A DNA stretch of 64,000 nt from an uncultured Acidobacteriota bacterium (lineage in GTDB: Bacteria; Acidobacteriota; Thermoanaerobaculia; UBA5066; DATFVB01): the NCBI GenBank assembly GCA_963773815.1, contig CAVZCI010000017.1:891-64890 (forward strand), given 5' to 3'. Positions 31,488 to 42,417 of this stretch are shown here, in pieces. How positions within the stretch are numbered: the first letter of the stretch is position 1; every line of letters starts with the position of its first letter. The notes below the pieces were generated by a model that worked only from the letters and a program-made list of their open reading frames with translations, was not told the DNA's origin and ran no database searches. The translations under genes and the position numbers were made by a program.

Positions 31488-32284
31488 CCGCGTCCTCCCA
31501 AGCCCTGCCTCCGGCGTCCCCAGTCGTCTTTCGTCATCGGCCCTTCCGCCCGCCCTTCCACGAACTGGCGAACGAGGGGATTCGAAGACGACATGAACTC
31601 CTTCGGCGGTTTCTGCTCGACGATCTTTCCTTCGAAAATCAACGCGATCGTGTCGCCGATCTTTTCGGCGCTTTCCATGCTATGCGTGATCGTCACGCTC
31701 GTGCACTTCAGGCGCGCGCGCATCTCGACGATCGTGCTGTCGATGACGTCCGTCATGATGGGATCGAGCCCCGTCGTCGGCTCGTCGAAAAGAAGGATTT
31801 CCGGCTCCAGCGCGATCGCCCGCGCGAAACCGACCCGTCGCCGCATGCCTCCCGAGAGCTCCGCGGGCTTCTTGTGCTCGATCTCCGACAGGTGGACGAG
31901 GTCGAGACACTCCTCGACCCGCTGGCGGATTTCGTCGGCGCTTTTCTTGCCCTGCCGGCGCAGCGGAAACGCGATGTTGTCGAACACGGTCATCGAATCG
32001 AAAAGGGCGCCTTCCTGGAACGACATTCCGAAGCGGCGCCGGAACGCGTTCAATTCCTTGTCCGGCAGAGACCACAGGTCCGTGCCGTCGATGAAGACCT
32101 GACCCGAGTCGGGCCGCAGCAGACCGATGATGTGCTTGAGCAGGACGCTCTTGCCCGTGCCGGAAGGACCGACGAGCACGACGGACTCGCCGTCCGCGAT
32201 CTCGAGGTTCAGGTGATCGAGCACGGCTCTGCCGCCGAACGACTTGCAAAGATCGACGAGCCGGATTTTCGGTTCCGCGGTCAT
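31484..32284 (-). CDS. mlaF: MlaF-type ABC ATPase
   Basis: GPSGTGKS, LSGGMRRRV, FDEPTTGLDP. Confidence 0.9.
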   Translation of the reverse strand: MTAEPKIRLVDLCKSFGGRAVLDHLNLEIADGESVVLVGPSGTGKSVLLKHIIGLLRPDSGQVFIDGTDLWSLPDKELNAFRRRFGMSFQEGALFDSMTVFDNIAFPLRRQGKKSADEIRQRVEECLDLVHLSEIEHKKPAELSGGMRRRVGFARAIALEPEILLFDEPTTGLDPIMTDVIDSTIVEMRARLKCTSVTITHSMESAEKIGDTIALIFEGKIVEQKPPKEFMSSSNPLVRQFVEGRAEGPMTKDDWGRRRQGLGGRG

Positions 32285-32317
32285 TTAGAACCCGCGATCG
32301 AATTCCCTCGTCGGGTC

Positions 32318-32383
32318 GACCTCTCCTCCGGCCTGCGGCCACCCCCTCTCCGTAATACGGAGAGGGGGACGGGGGGTGAGGTC
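32318..32383. repeat. 66-bp branched palindrome, copy 2
   Basis: Near-identical to 12531-12596. Confidence 0.85.
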
Positions 32384-32400
32384 ACTCGTGCGGCGGCCAT

Positions 32401-33168
32401 CTAGAACAGGACCTTCGTCAGGAAGAAATCGGCGAGCAGGATCGCGAGGCTTCCCGCCACGACCGCCCGGGTCGTGGAGATGCCGACGCCCTCGGCTCCC
32501 CCTTCGGTGTAGAAGCCCTTCTGGCATCCGATCGTCGAGAAGAGCAGCCCGAAAACGGCCGCCTTCAGGAGCCCGGAGAGCAGATCCTTCATCTCGAGAA
32601 ACTGAAACGAATTGTGCATGTAGCTGACGGGGTTCGCGCCGAGCAGGTCGACCGCGACGAGGTACCCTCCGCCGATTCCGACCGCGTCGGCCATCATCAC
32701 GAGGAGCGGAAGCATCAACGTCGCGGCGGCCACGCGGGGGACGATCAGGTAGTGGATCGGCTCGGTCGCGAGGGCCACGAGCGCGTCGATCTGCTCCGTC
32801 ACCCGCATCGTGCCGAGCTCCGCCGCCATCGCGCTGCCGACGCGCCCCGTGACCATCAGCGCGGCCAGAACCGGCGCGAGCTCTCTCGTGACCGACAGCG
32901 CGACGACCGAGCCGACGTAGCTCTCGGCGTGGAACCGGGCGAAGCCTTTGTACGTCTGGAGCGAGATCACCATCCCGGTGAAGAGCCCCGTCAGAAAGAC
33001 GACGGGAATCGAATCGACGCCGACGCGGACCATCTGCTTGACGAGCTCGGGAAAGTCGTAGGGCGGCCGGACGAGCCACGCCGCGGTCTTGCCGAGCAGC
33101 AGGAAGAACCGCCCGATCTCTTCGAAGACGCGGAGGAGGGCGGCGCCGATCGCTTCGAAGAACTTCAC
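32401..33168 (-). CDS. mlaE: MlaE-type ABC permease
   Basis: RELAPV, GRVGSAMAAELGTMRVTEQIDAL. Confidence 0.93.
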   Translation of the reverse strand: MKFFEAIGAALLRVFEEIGRFFLLLGKTAAWLVRPPYDFPELVKQMVRVGVDSIPVVFLTGLFTGMVISLQTYKGFARFHAESYVGSVVALSVTRELAPVLAALMVTGRVGSAMAAELGTMRVTEQIDALVALATEPIHYLIVPRVAAATLMLPLLVMMADAVGIGGGYLVAVDLLGANPVSYMHNSFQFLEMKDLLSGLLKAAVFGLLFSTIGCQKGFYTEGGAEGVGISTTRAVVAGSLAILLADFFLTKVLF

Positions 33169-34278
33169 GCGTACCGGCGGGGAACGCGGGAGCCGATCCC
33201 GCAGAAAATCTCATAAGGAATCGTCCCGGCGGCGCGCGCGAGATCGTGCGCGGAGACGGAGCCGGCCGCGGTTTTCCCCAGAAGGACCGCTCTCTCCCCC
33301 CTCCGGACCTCGATGTCGGTCGTATCGCAAACCGTCAAATCCATGCTGATGACTCCCACCGTTCGGGCGGCGCCGGCCTCGAAAAGAACCGGGACCTTGC
33401 CGCCGAAAGAGCGCCGATAGCCGTCATCATAACCGATCGCCAGAACGGCGAGGCGGGAGTCGCGGCTCGTGACGAACGTCCCGCCGTACCCCACCGGCGT
33501 GCCCGCGGGGACGCTCTTCACGGCGACGACCTCGGTTTCCCAGGAGAGCGCCGGAATGAGTTCTCCGCCGTGGCCGGCCGCCGGCGACACGCCGTACAGG
33601 GAGAGGCCCGGGCGGACGGCCTCGGTCCACAGGCCCTTCCCCGCGATCGCGGCGCCGGAGTTCGCGAGGTGGGTCCAGGCGGCGTCGATTCCCGCCGCGC
33701 GAAGCGCCGCGAAGGCCTCCTTCGAACGCTCGTCCTGCGAAGCGAGCTCGGGGCCCTCCGGTTCGTCGCCGTGCGAGAAGTGAGTGAACGCCGCCTCCAC
33801 GCGAAGCCCGGGAGCCGAGCGCAGGACCTCCGCGAGAGCGGAAATCTCGCCGGGCAGGACTCCCAGGCGCGTCAGCCCCGTGTCCAGCTTCACGTGCACC
33901 GCGAGCGGGCTCGCGAACCCGGCCGTCGCGGCCGCGAATTCCCGCGCCTGGTCGACGGAAAAGAGCGTCGGCGTGAGCGCGAGCGCCCGGTACACGGCCG
34001 CCTCGCGGGCCTCGCAGGAGTTGAGAAGCAGGATCGGCGAGCGGATCCCCGCGCGGCGAAGGCCGATCCCTTCCTCCGCGATCGCGACGCAGAAAAAGTC
34101 CGCCCCTTCCGCCTCGAGCGTCCGCGCGACCGCCTCCGCGCCGTGCCCGTAGGCGTCGGCCTTGACGACGGCGAGCACGCGCTTGCCGGTGAGGCGTCGC
34201 AGCAGGTGAAAGTTGCGCGCGATCGCCCGCAGATCGACCGCGGCGAACGTGCATCCAACTCGGCCTCGGGCGGGTCAA
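33165..34278 (-). CDS. alr: Alanine racemase (5' end has a probable indel)
   Basis: [28 protein letters not shown]. Confidence 0.92.
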
Positions 34279-35633
34279 AACCCCGGTTCGGGGAAGCGAC
34301 TCGTAGTTGCTGAACGTCGTCAATGAGTCGTGCAGGAACACAAGCTCGAATTCACCGGTCGGGCCGTTGCGCTGTTTCGCGATGAGGACGTCGGCAAGGT
34401 TCTTCCGTTCGGTATCGCGGTCGTACATCTCTTCGCGATAGAGAAAGATGACAACGTCGGCATCCTGCTCGATCGAGCCGGAGTCTCGCAGGTCGGCGAG
34501 TTGCGGCTTTCCTGTCGCCCGCCGGCGCTCGGATTGTCGCGAAAGCTGGGACAGCGCCATGACGGGAACATGGAGGTCCTTTGCGAGAAGCTTCAAGCCG
34601 CGCGAGATCTGCGAGACTTCCTGTGTCCGGTTTTCGGGCGGCCCGTGCCCCGCCATAAGCTGGAGGTAGTCGACGACGACGAGATCCAGGCCATGGTCCC
34701 GCTTCAATCGCTGGCACGTCGCGCGCATCTCGGGGACCGAAAGCGCGGAGCGTGTCGTCGATGAAGAACCGAGCTCCGCCGAGCCGAGTCTGCGCGAGGA
34801 CGAGATGCCGGAAATCGTCGTCCGACCCGAGACCCTCCCGGAGCCTTTTCGCGTTGACCTCGCGCCTCCGAGCAGAGCACGCGCAGGCCGAGCGCCTCCT
34901 GCGACATCTCGAGTGAGAAGAATCCGACCGCCCGCGCCTCGTGGATCGCGACATGCTGCGCGACGTTCAGCGCGAGCGAAGTCTTCCCGACCGACGGCCT
35001 CGCGGCGAGGATGATGAGCTCCGACTTCTGAAGTCCCGACGTCAGCCGGTCGAGCTCCTGAAGCCTGTGGGAAGACCCGTCAACGGACCCCCTGCCGCCC
35101 GCGAGCCTCCTCGAGCGTGTGGAGATTGTGCTCGGAGATCTCGGCGAGCGAGATGAAGCCCCCGCGAGCGGAATCCTGTGCGATCTCGAAGATTCCGGGT
35201 CGCCGCGCCCGAGGACGTCTTCCGGCGTGCGGTCCGGCGTCGCGCCCTCCCGCGTCAGCCGGTGCCCGAGAGTGATGAGCTGGCGCAGCGTCGACTTCTC
35301 CTTGACGATGCGGCGCGTAGTGCTCCGCGTTGAACACGTCCGGGATTCCGTCGATCAGGGATGCCAGATAGGCCGGGCCCCCCGCCCGTTCCATCGCGCC
35401 GGACTTGTCCAGCTCTTCGCGAACGGTGACGAGATCGATCGCCGAAGACCGCGCGGAAAGTCCAGGAGTGCGCGATAGATCCGGCGATGCGATTCGAGGA
35501 AGAAGTCGGCCTCCTTGAGGATCGGCGAGACGACAGAGAGCGTGAGGTTGTCGATCAGAATCGATCCGAGCATGGCTTGTTCGGCGTCCAGGTTCTGCGG
35601 GAGTGCCGTCGGCGTTTCGATCGATTCGAGCAT
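34275..35633 (-). CDS. dnaB: Replicative helicase DnaB (several frameshifts)
   Basis: [44 protein letters not shown]. Confidence 0.9.
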
Positions 35634-35654
35634 GGAAGAAGACCGGTATTCTAG

Positions 35655-36485
35655 TCAACGCCCTTCCCGAAGCCGCTCCAGAGCCTCGAGCATCCCGCGG
35701 TCGCCCGTCACGCTGCCCGGGGCTTTTCCCTTCTCCTCGACGCCGTGGTAGTCGGACCCCGCCGTCGAGAGCAGCCGGAACCTCCGCCCGAGCTTCGAGA
35801 AACGCTCGACTTCGGCCTCGCCATGGTCGGGATGAAAGACCTCGATCGCGTCGAGGCCGCGCTCGACGAGCTCTTCGACGACGCCTTCCGGGTCCTTGTA
35901 CCAGATCGCGTGGGCGAGCGACGAGACGCCGCCCGCTTCGCGGATCGCTTCGACGACCTCGGGGGCCATCCACTTCTCGGCCGGGACGTACCAGGGGCAC
36001 TTTCGGTGGAGGAACCGCGCGAACGCGTCGTCGTTGTCTTTCGCGTGCCCCGCCGCGACGAGCGCTCGCGCGAGGTGCGGCCTTCCCCACACGCCGTCCC
36101 CGACGTCGGCGCGAATCGCGTCGAGGTCTATTGGAAAACCGGCAGCCACGAGGTTCTTCGCCATTTGCTCGCCGCGAAGCTTTCGGTTTTCCTGACGGAG
36201 CTCGAGCTTGCGCCGGAACGGCTCGTTCTTCTCGTCGAGGAACAGGCCGAGGATGTGGACGTCGTCCCCGTTGCTCGCGTCCGCGGAAATCTCCGCTCCC
36301 GGGATGAGCTGGAGACCGGCCGCTGCGGCCGCGATTCGGGCCTCGGGCAGCCCGCCAAGCGCGTCGTGGTCCGTCAGCGCGAGCGCGGACACTCCCGCCT
36401 GCCGCATCTTCTCGACGAGACGGGCGGGAGAATCCAGGCCGTCGGAGACGGTGGAGTGGGAGTGAAGGTCGACTTTGAATGTCAT
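35655..36485 (-). CDS. PHP-domain phosphoesterase (TrpH/YciV-like)
   Basis: DLHSHSTVSDG, TDHD, GRPH, GSDYHG. Confidence 0.9.
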   Translation of the reverse strand: MTFKVDLHSHSTVSDGLDSPARLVEKMRQAGVSALALTDHDALGGLPEARIAAAAAGLQLIPGAEISADASNGDDVHILGLFLDEKNEPFRRKLELRQENRKLRGEQMAKNLVAAGFPIDLDAIRADVGDGVWGRPHLARALVAAGHAKDNDDAFARFLHRKCPWYVPAEKWMAPEVVEAIREAGGVSSLAHAIWYKDPEGVVEELVERGLDAIEVFHPDHGEAEVERFSKLGRRFRLLSTAGSDYHGVEEKGKAPGSVTGDRGMLEALERLREGR

Positions 36486-36503
36486 GGGTTCACCTCAAAA
36501 TTC

Positions 36504-36729
36504 TTCGCTCGCCGTCGGAGCGGCCCAGCCCCGCGTGGGTTTTCGGCGCCTTCCTCGAGGAGACGCAGCGCGCCTGGCGGTGGCATCTTGTCCGTGCGCG
36601 CTCCTCGGGCAAGTTTTTTCGCAACATTGCTCTCACTTGTCCAACCCCATACCGGCGAAAAAACATACGCTCCTCTCGGCAGGCGCCTGTGACCCGCGCT
36701 GGCCCCCGGCCGCTCCGAGGCTTCGCTCA
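36504..36729. other. ~225-nt imperfect long hairpin element (copy B)
   Basis: GGAGCGGCC/GGCCGCTCC, GGCGCCT/AGGCGCC, GAGGAG/CTCCTC, GTTTTTTCGC/GCGAAAAAAC; ends resemble the 8446 element. Confidence 0.6.
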
Positions 36730-37293
36730 CGAATGCTGTCCCGCGAGCGCCTGCAGCAGCTCGGAGAGGATGCGCGCGGTCGCGCCCCAGACGGTCTTCG
36801 GCCCGTAGTGGTAGTAAAGCACGGGACTCTCGCGGCCGGGGAACTCCCGCTCCTCGACGGCGGTCGGCGCCATGAGCGCGGCGACCGGGATCTCCCACAG
36901 CGCTTCGATCTCGTCCGGGGACGGCTTGAGATCGACCGGATACGGGATCGCCGCGACGTACGGCTCGACGTAGAAATCCGTCACGGTCACGATCGGCGAC
37001 AGCTTCCCGAGGACGACGACCTTGTCTCGCGGCAGCCCGATCTCCTCTTCCGTCTCGCGCAGCGCCGTTTCCATCAGGTTCGCGTCGCCTTCCTCTTCCG
37101 CCCCGCCGGGGAACGAAACCTGGCCGCGGTGCGTCACGAGGTTCTCGCTGCGCTTCGTGAAGAGGACCCACAGCTCCTTCTCCTTCACGAACAGCGGCGC
37201 GAGGACGGCCGCCCGGCGAATTCCGTCCGGGGCCTCGAGCTCGGCCGGCGGCCGTTCTTCCAGCTTCTTCCGAATTTCCGCGAGCCAGTTCAT
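36727..37293 (-). CDS. Nudix CoA pyrophosphatase
   Basis: HRGQVSFPGG..TALRETEEEIG, VWGATA. Confidence 0.9.
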   Translation of the reverse strand: MNWLAEIRKKLEERPPAELEAPDGIRRAAVLAPLFVKEKELWVLFTKRSENLVTHRGQVSFPGGAEEEGDANLMETALRETEEEIGLPRDKVVVLGKLSPIVTVTDFYVEPYVAAIPYPVDLKPSPDEIEALWEIPVAALMAPTAVEEREFPGRESPVLYYHYGPKTVWGATARILSELLQALAGQHS

Positions 37294-37299
37294 GCGGAC

Positions 37300-38413
37300 C
37301 TACGACGCCCTCTTTTCCGTCGCGCTCTCCTTGAGGTACGCGTCGATGAACGGGGTGAGGTCGCCGTCGAGGACGCGGTCAGTGTCGCCCATCTCGAAGT
37401 CGGTCCGGTGGTCCTTGACCATACGGTAGGGATGCAGGACGTACGAGCGGATCTGGCTTCCCCACTCGATCTTCTTTTTCGCCCCGGCGCGCTTGTCCTC
37501 CACGGCCTGCCGCTCCTCCAGCGCCTTCTGGTAGAGCTTCGCCCGGAGCACCTTCATCGCGACGTCGCGGTTGCGCCCCTGGCTGCGCTCGTTCTGGCAC
37601 GTCACGACGATGTTCGTCGGAATGTGCGTGATCCGAACGGCGGAGTCCGTCACGTTGACGTGCTGGCCGCCCGCGCCGGAGGAACGGTACGTGTCGACGC
37701 GCAGGTCCTTGTCGGGAATCACGATCTCGATGTCGTCTTCGATTTCCGGCGTGACGAAGATCGACGCGAACGACGTGTGCCGCCGCTTGTTCGCGTCGAA
37801 AGGCGAAATCCGCACGAGCCGGTGAACGCCCATCTCGCCCTTCAGGTAGCCGTACGCGTATTCCCCGAGGACGTGGACGGTCGCGCTCTTCAGGCCCGCT
37901 TCCTCGCCGTCCACCCGCTCGATCAGCTCCGCTTTCCATCCGCGGCGCTCGAAGAATCGCAGATACATGCGGAGGAGCATCTCGGCCCAGTCCTGCGACT
38001 CCGTGCCGCCGGCACCGGAATGAATCGAGAACCATGCGTTGTTCGAGTCCTCGGGCTCGGTCATCTTGACGGAGAGCTCGAGGTCGTCCGCGTAGGTCCG
38101 CGCTTTCCCGAGCGTCGCCGCGGCCTCGCCGTCCACGTCCTCGCCCGCGCGGAGGAAGTCGGCAAACACCCGCAGCTCGTCCGCGTTGGCTTCCGCCCGC
38201 GCGTCCGTCTCCAGCGTCTTCTCGTGCGCCTTGATCTTTCGATTCGTGGTCTGCGCGTTTTCCGGGTCGGTCCAGAAATCGGGCGCGGCCGCCTTCTGTC
38301 TCAGTTCGTCGAGCGCGCTCCGCGCCGCGGCGCAATCAAAGATACCCCCGGAGCGCCGAGAGGCGCGCCGCGGTCGAGTCGAGCTCGGAGAGCAGGTCGT
38401 CGCGTTTCGTCAT
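37300..38413 (-). CDS. prfB: Release factor 2 with programmed +1 frameshift
   Basis: SPF and GGQ motifs; CGGGGG TAT CTT TGA T at ~38335-38350 after 25 codons. Confidence 0.95.
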
Positions 38414-39993
38414 TCGTCCTTCAATTCGGGTTTCCGTTTCGCATTCCGCCGCGTTCGGCGCGCGAAACCGCAGATTACCATGCAGAGCGCCGACGCGTCC
38501 GCGAGCGCCGGAAAAACGACTCCTCCCCAGCGCGACCAGACGGTGCTTCCCGTTTCGAGCCGCAACGTCGCCTCGACGATTCCCTCCCGGTTTTCCGGCA
38601 AGCTCGCGAGCATCCGCCCGCGAGAATCGACCGCCGCCGAGATCCCCGTGATCGCGGCGCGGGCGAACGGCCGCCCGACCTCGACGGCGCGCAGCGGCAT
38701 CGCGAGCAGGTGCTGGGCCTGGGCCCCCGCCCGGCCGTACCAGGCGTCGTTGGACACGCTCGCGAGGAGGTTCGCGCCCATCCTCGCTTCGTCGCGCGCG
38801 AGGGACGGGTACGTCATCTCGTAGCACACGGCGGGACCGATCGATATCCCGCCGGCCTCGAGAAGCACGGGGCGCTTCGCCGCGGTGAAGGCCCCGACGA
38901 TCTTCGAGATTTCCCGCATGAAGAAGAACAGCCTCGGGAGCGGAACATACTCGCCGAACGGGACGAGGTGGAGCTTGTGGTATGTCGCGGGAGCCAATCC
39001 CGCGGGCGTGAGGAGGCGCGCCGCGTTGAAATAGCGGCCGTCGGGCAGCTCGTCGACGTCGTTGAAGAGGATCGCGGAACCGCCCCGCGCGGCGACCGCC
39101 GCGAGGTCCCGCCGCAGCGTCGGGGTGAGGCTCCACTCGGTGCCATAGAACGAAGACTCCGGAATCAGAATCAGGCCGGGCCGGGACGCTGCGGCTTTTG
39201 CGGCCAGGGAGATGACCTTGACGTAGTTCGCGGCGACGAGCCCGGCGTCCTCGCGAACGGACTGCGGAATGTTCGGCTGGAGACAGGCGACGCGAACCGG
39301 CGGTCCCGTCTCCCCGCTCCGAAGGCGCGCGCATCCGAATGCCCAGAGCGCTCCCGTGGACGCCAGCAGCGCGGCCGCGATCGCGACTTTCGTCCTGCGC
39401 GATCGGGCGCCGAGAGTCGCCGCGCACGCCGCCCCGAACGCCGCGACGAGAGCGCCGACGCCGAAAGCTCCCCACCAGGAAGCCGTCTGGATCCAGACCG
39501 GGTGGAGAGCGAGCGCGTTCGCGGTCAGGTTCCAGGGAAAGCCCTTGTAGGCGTACGAGCGCGCGTGCTCCGAGGCCATCCATGCGACAGGAAAGGCGGC
39601 CAGGCGCCACGGCGAGCGGGGCCTGGCGGCGACCACGACGACGGCCGCGACGAGCGCCGGCCATTCCGAAAGGATGACGGCGAGCAGGAACACGCAGACC
39701 GCTCCCATCCAACGCGGCTGGCCGCCGAAGTGAGTCACGACGAACGAGATCCAGGGGATCGAAACGCACCAGAAGACGAGACCGAAGAGAACGCCCGACA
39801 ATACTCCCCGCCGCCCGTTCTCCTCGCGCCAGAGCGCATAGATCCAGGGAACGAGCGCGACCGGCGCGAGCCAGGCGATGCCCGCCGGAGGAAACGCGAG
39901 CGCGAGGAGAAGCCCGGAGAGGGCGGCGGCGAAGAAAGCTATCGGCCATCGACTCCATCCGATATTCCTCGGAGGCTGGCGCGAGCGTGTCAC
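38410..39993 (-). CDS. lnt: Apolipoprotein N-acyltransferase
   Basis: [34 protein letters not shown]. Confidence 0.92.
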   Translation of the reverse strand: MTRSRQPPRNIGWSRWPIAFFAAALSGLLLALAFPPAGIAWLAPVALVPWIYALWREENGRRGVLSGVLFGLVFWCVSIPWISFVVTHFGGQPRWMGAVCVFLLAVILSEWPALVAAVVVVAARPRSPWRLAAFPVAWMASEHARSYAYKGFPWNLTANALALHPVWIQTASWWGAFGVGALVAAFGAACAATLGARSRRTKVAIAAALLASTGALWAFGCARLRSGETGPPVRVACLQPNIPQSVREDAGLVAANYVKVISLAAKAAASRPGLILIPESSFYGTEWSLTPTLRRDLAAVAARGGSAILFNDVDELPDGRYFNAARLLTPAGLAPATYHKLHLVPFGEYVPLPRLFFFMREISKIVGAFTAAKRPVLLEAGGISIGPAVCYEMTYPSLARDEARMGANLLASVSNDAWYGRAGAQAQHLLAMPLRAVEVGRPFARAAITGISAAVDSRGRMLASLPENREGIVEATLRLETGSTVWSRWGGVVFPALADASALCMVICGFARRTRRNAKRKPELKDE

Positions 39994-40876
39994 GAGAGGC
40001 CTCGGTTGGGACTCCAGGAGCGCCTCCTCGGCCCGGTAGGACGACCGGACGAACGGCCCCGCGAAGACATTCCGGAACCCCATCGCCTCGCCCTCCGCGC
40101 GGAGCTCGTCGAAGACCGCCGGCTCCACGTACTCGACGACCGGAAGGTTTTCGCGCGAGGGTCGAAGGTACTGGCCGATCGTCACGATGTCGACGCGCGC
40201 GTCCCGAAGGCTCTTCATCAGGTCGACGCACTCGGGGAAAGTCTCGCCGAGGCCCATCATGAAGCCCGACTTCGTCGTCATCCCGGGATCGAGCTCCTTC
40301 GCCGCGGAGAGAACGCCGAGCGAGCGCTCGATCCTCGCGCCGCGCCGCACTTGCAGGTACAGGCGCGGAACGGTCTCGACGTTGTGGTTGAAAACGTCCG
40401 GTTTCGCGGCGACGACTTCCTCGACGGACTCCCGGCGACCCCGAAAATCGGGCGTGAGCACCTCGACGCCGATCGACTGCGTCGAGCACGCGGATCGCGC
40501 GGATCGTCGCCGCGAAGTGCCCCGAGCCGCCGTCGGGAAGGTCGTCCCGGTCGACCGAGGTCAGAACGACGAACTTGAGCCCCATCTCCCGGACCGCTTC
40601 CGCGACCTTCGCCGGCTCGTTCGGGTCGTCGAACGTCGGCCTTCCCGTCCGGATGTCGCAGAAGCCGCACGCGCGCGTGCAGACGTCGCCGAGCAGGAGG
40701 AACGTCGCCGTCCCGCGGGCAAAACACTCGCTCCGGTTCGGGCATCGCGCCTCCTCGCACACGGTGTGGAGGCCGCGCCGCCGCATCGTCTTCTTGATCT
40801 CGTGCAACCGGGAAAGGTCGAGGGACTTTTCGCGGATCCACGCGGGAGCGCGGCCGGCGTGCACCGGGAGACTCAT
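39990..40876 (-). CDS. lipA: Lipoyl synthase (frameshifted)
   Basis: [31 protein letters not shown]. Confidence 0.93.
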
Positions 40877-41640
40877 TGCGCGGGGGCCACCCAGGCGGTC
40901 CTGTGAAACTCGGCGGAGATCCTCGCCGCCAGCTTTTTCGCCTGCTCCTTGTCGGCGTACGGTCCCAGCCGGACCCGGTACATCTTCCCCTTGCTCGAAT
41001 CCACGGCCGACAGCGCGGCCTTGTATTTCTTCGACGAGAGTTTCTCCCTCCACCTCGTCGCCTCCGGCTTCGACGTCGTCGAGATCACCTGCACGTAGAA
41101 GCCGGCTCCCGCTCTCGGCGAGGCCGGCGAGGCTTTTGCAGCCCCGGCCGCCGCCTTGCGCGCCGGAGCCCTCGCTGCGGGCTTCTCCGGGGAGGCCGCG
41201 GCCGCGTTCGGGGAAGACTTCGGGCCGGGCGCGGCGGCCGGCCGGGCCGGCTCCCCCGCGATTTCCGTCCTCGACGGCGCCTGTTCCGGCGGGACTCCCG
41301 CCTCGCGGTCCTCGAACACCGGCGCCTCCTGCGGCGGGACGGGCGCCGCCGGCGCCCCGGCAGGTGCGGCCGCCGCCGAAGCGGACGCCGGAGAAGGTTT
41401 CGTTCCCGGGGGAATCGAGATCGTCGTCGAGGTGGGCGCGGGCGGCGCCGATACGGTCGATTCGCTCTCGCCGGGCGGCACGACCGACGGCTGCGCCGCG
41501 GCAGTCGATTTCTCGAATCCCGCTTTCGCTCCGAGAAAGAAAGCCAGGGCCAGCGCCGCCAGCAGTCCGACGAGGCCGACGAGCGCCTGCACACCCGTGA
41601 ATGAGACCTGGTAGTAGGACTTCTTCGCCGGGTCGGTCAT
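40873..41640 (-). CDS. SPOR-domain cell division protein (FtsN/DedD-like)
   Basis: TM, Pro/Ala linker, FYVQV...YRVRLGPY. Confidence 0.85.
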   Translation of the reverse strand: MTDPAKKSYYQVSFTGVQALVGLVGLLAALALAFFLGAKAGFEKSTAAAQPSVVPPGESESTVSAPPAPTSTTISIPPGTKPSPASASAAAAPAGAPAAPVPPQEAPVFEDREAGVPPEQAPSRTEIAGEPARPAAAPGPKSSPNAAAASPEKPAARAPARKAAAGAAKASPASPRAGAGFYVQVISTTSKPEATRWREKLSSKKYKAALSAVDSSKGKMYRVRLGPYADKEQAKKLAARISAEFHRTAWVAPAQ

Positions 41641-41667
41641 TCCGGCGATCTTAGCAAATTTCCGCGA

Positions 41668-42417
41668 TCATCCCTTTCCGAGGAACGCCTTGAAGAATTC
41701 GATCGGCAGCGGAAAGACGATCGTGGAATTCTTTTCCGAGGCGATCTCGGTCAGCGTCTGCAAGTATCGCAGCTGCAGCGTCATCGGCTCCGTCGCAATC
41801 ACCTTCGCCGCGTTGGCCAGCTGCTGCGAGGCCTGGAATTCTCCCTCGGCGTGGATGATCTTCGCGCGCTTCTCCCGCTCCGCGGTCGCCTGGATCGCCA
41901 TGGCGCGCTGCATTTCGGGCGGCAGGTCGACCTGCTTGACCTCCACCATCGAGACCTTGATCCCCCAGGGCTCGGTGTGCTGGTCGATCGTCTGCTGGAG
42001 GGCGAGGTTCAGCTTGTCGCGCTCGGCGAGCAGCTCGTCGAGTTGCGCCTGGCCGAGCACCGACCGAAGGACCGTCTGGGCCAGCTGAGACGTCGCGTAG
42101 AGGTAGTTCTCCACTTCGACGACCGCGCGGGGCGCGTCGATCACGCGGAAGTAGACGACGGCCGAGACCTTCACCGAGACGTTGTCGCGGGTGATGATGT
42201 CCTGCTGCGGGACCTCGTGAACGATCGTCCGCAGGGAGACCCTGACCATCGTTTCGAACGGCCAGAAGATGAACGTGAACCCGGGGCCCTTTGGCTGCGG
42301 GGAGAGACGTCCGAGCCAGAACGTGACGGCTCTTTCGTACTCCTTCAGGATGTTGATCCATTTCATGAGGATGATGAGAGCGATGATGGCGGCGACGAGA
42401 AGTCCTGGGCCGATCAT
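41668..42417 (-). CDS. SPFH/slipin family protein
   Basis: [30 protein letters not shown]. Confidence 0.93.
   Translation of the reverse strand: MIGPGLLVAAIIALIILMKWINILKEYERAVTFWLGRLSPQPKGPGFTFIFWPFETMVRVSLRTIVHEVPQQDIITRDNVSVKVSAVVYFRVIDAPRAVVEVENYLYATSQLAQTVLRSVLGQAQLDELLAERDKLNLALQQTIDQHTEPWGIKVSMVEVKQVDLPPEMQRAMAIQATAEREKRAKIIHAEGEFQASQQLANAAKVIATEPMTLQLRYLQTLTEIASEKNSTIVFPLPIEFFKAFLGKG

Noticed and set aside
38410-40461. Apparent LipA-Lnt fusion ORF
   Set aside because: A GTGA stop/start overlap sits at 39990-39993 one frame away and indels are common here; likely a sequencing error, though reads should be checked
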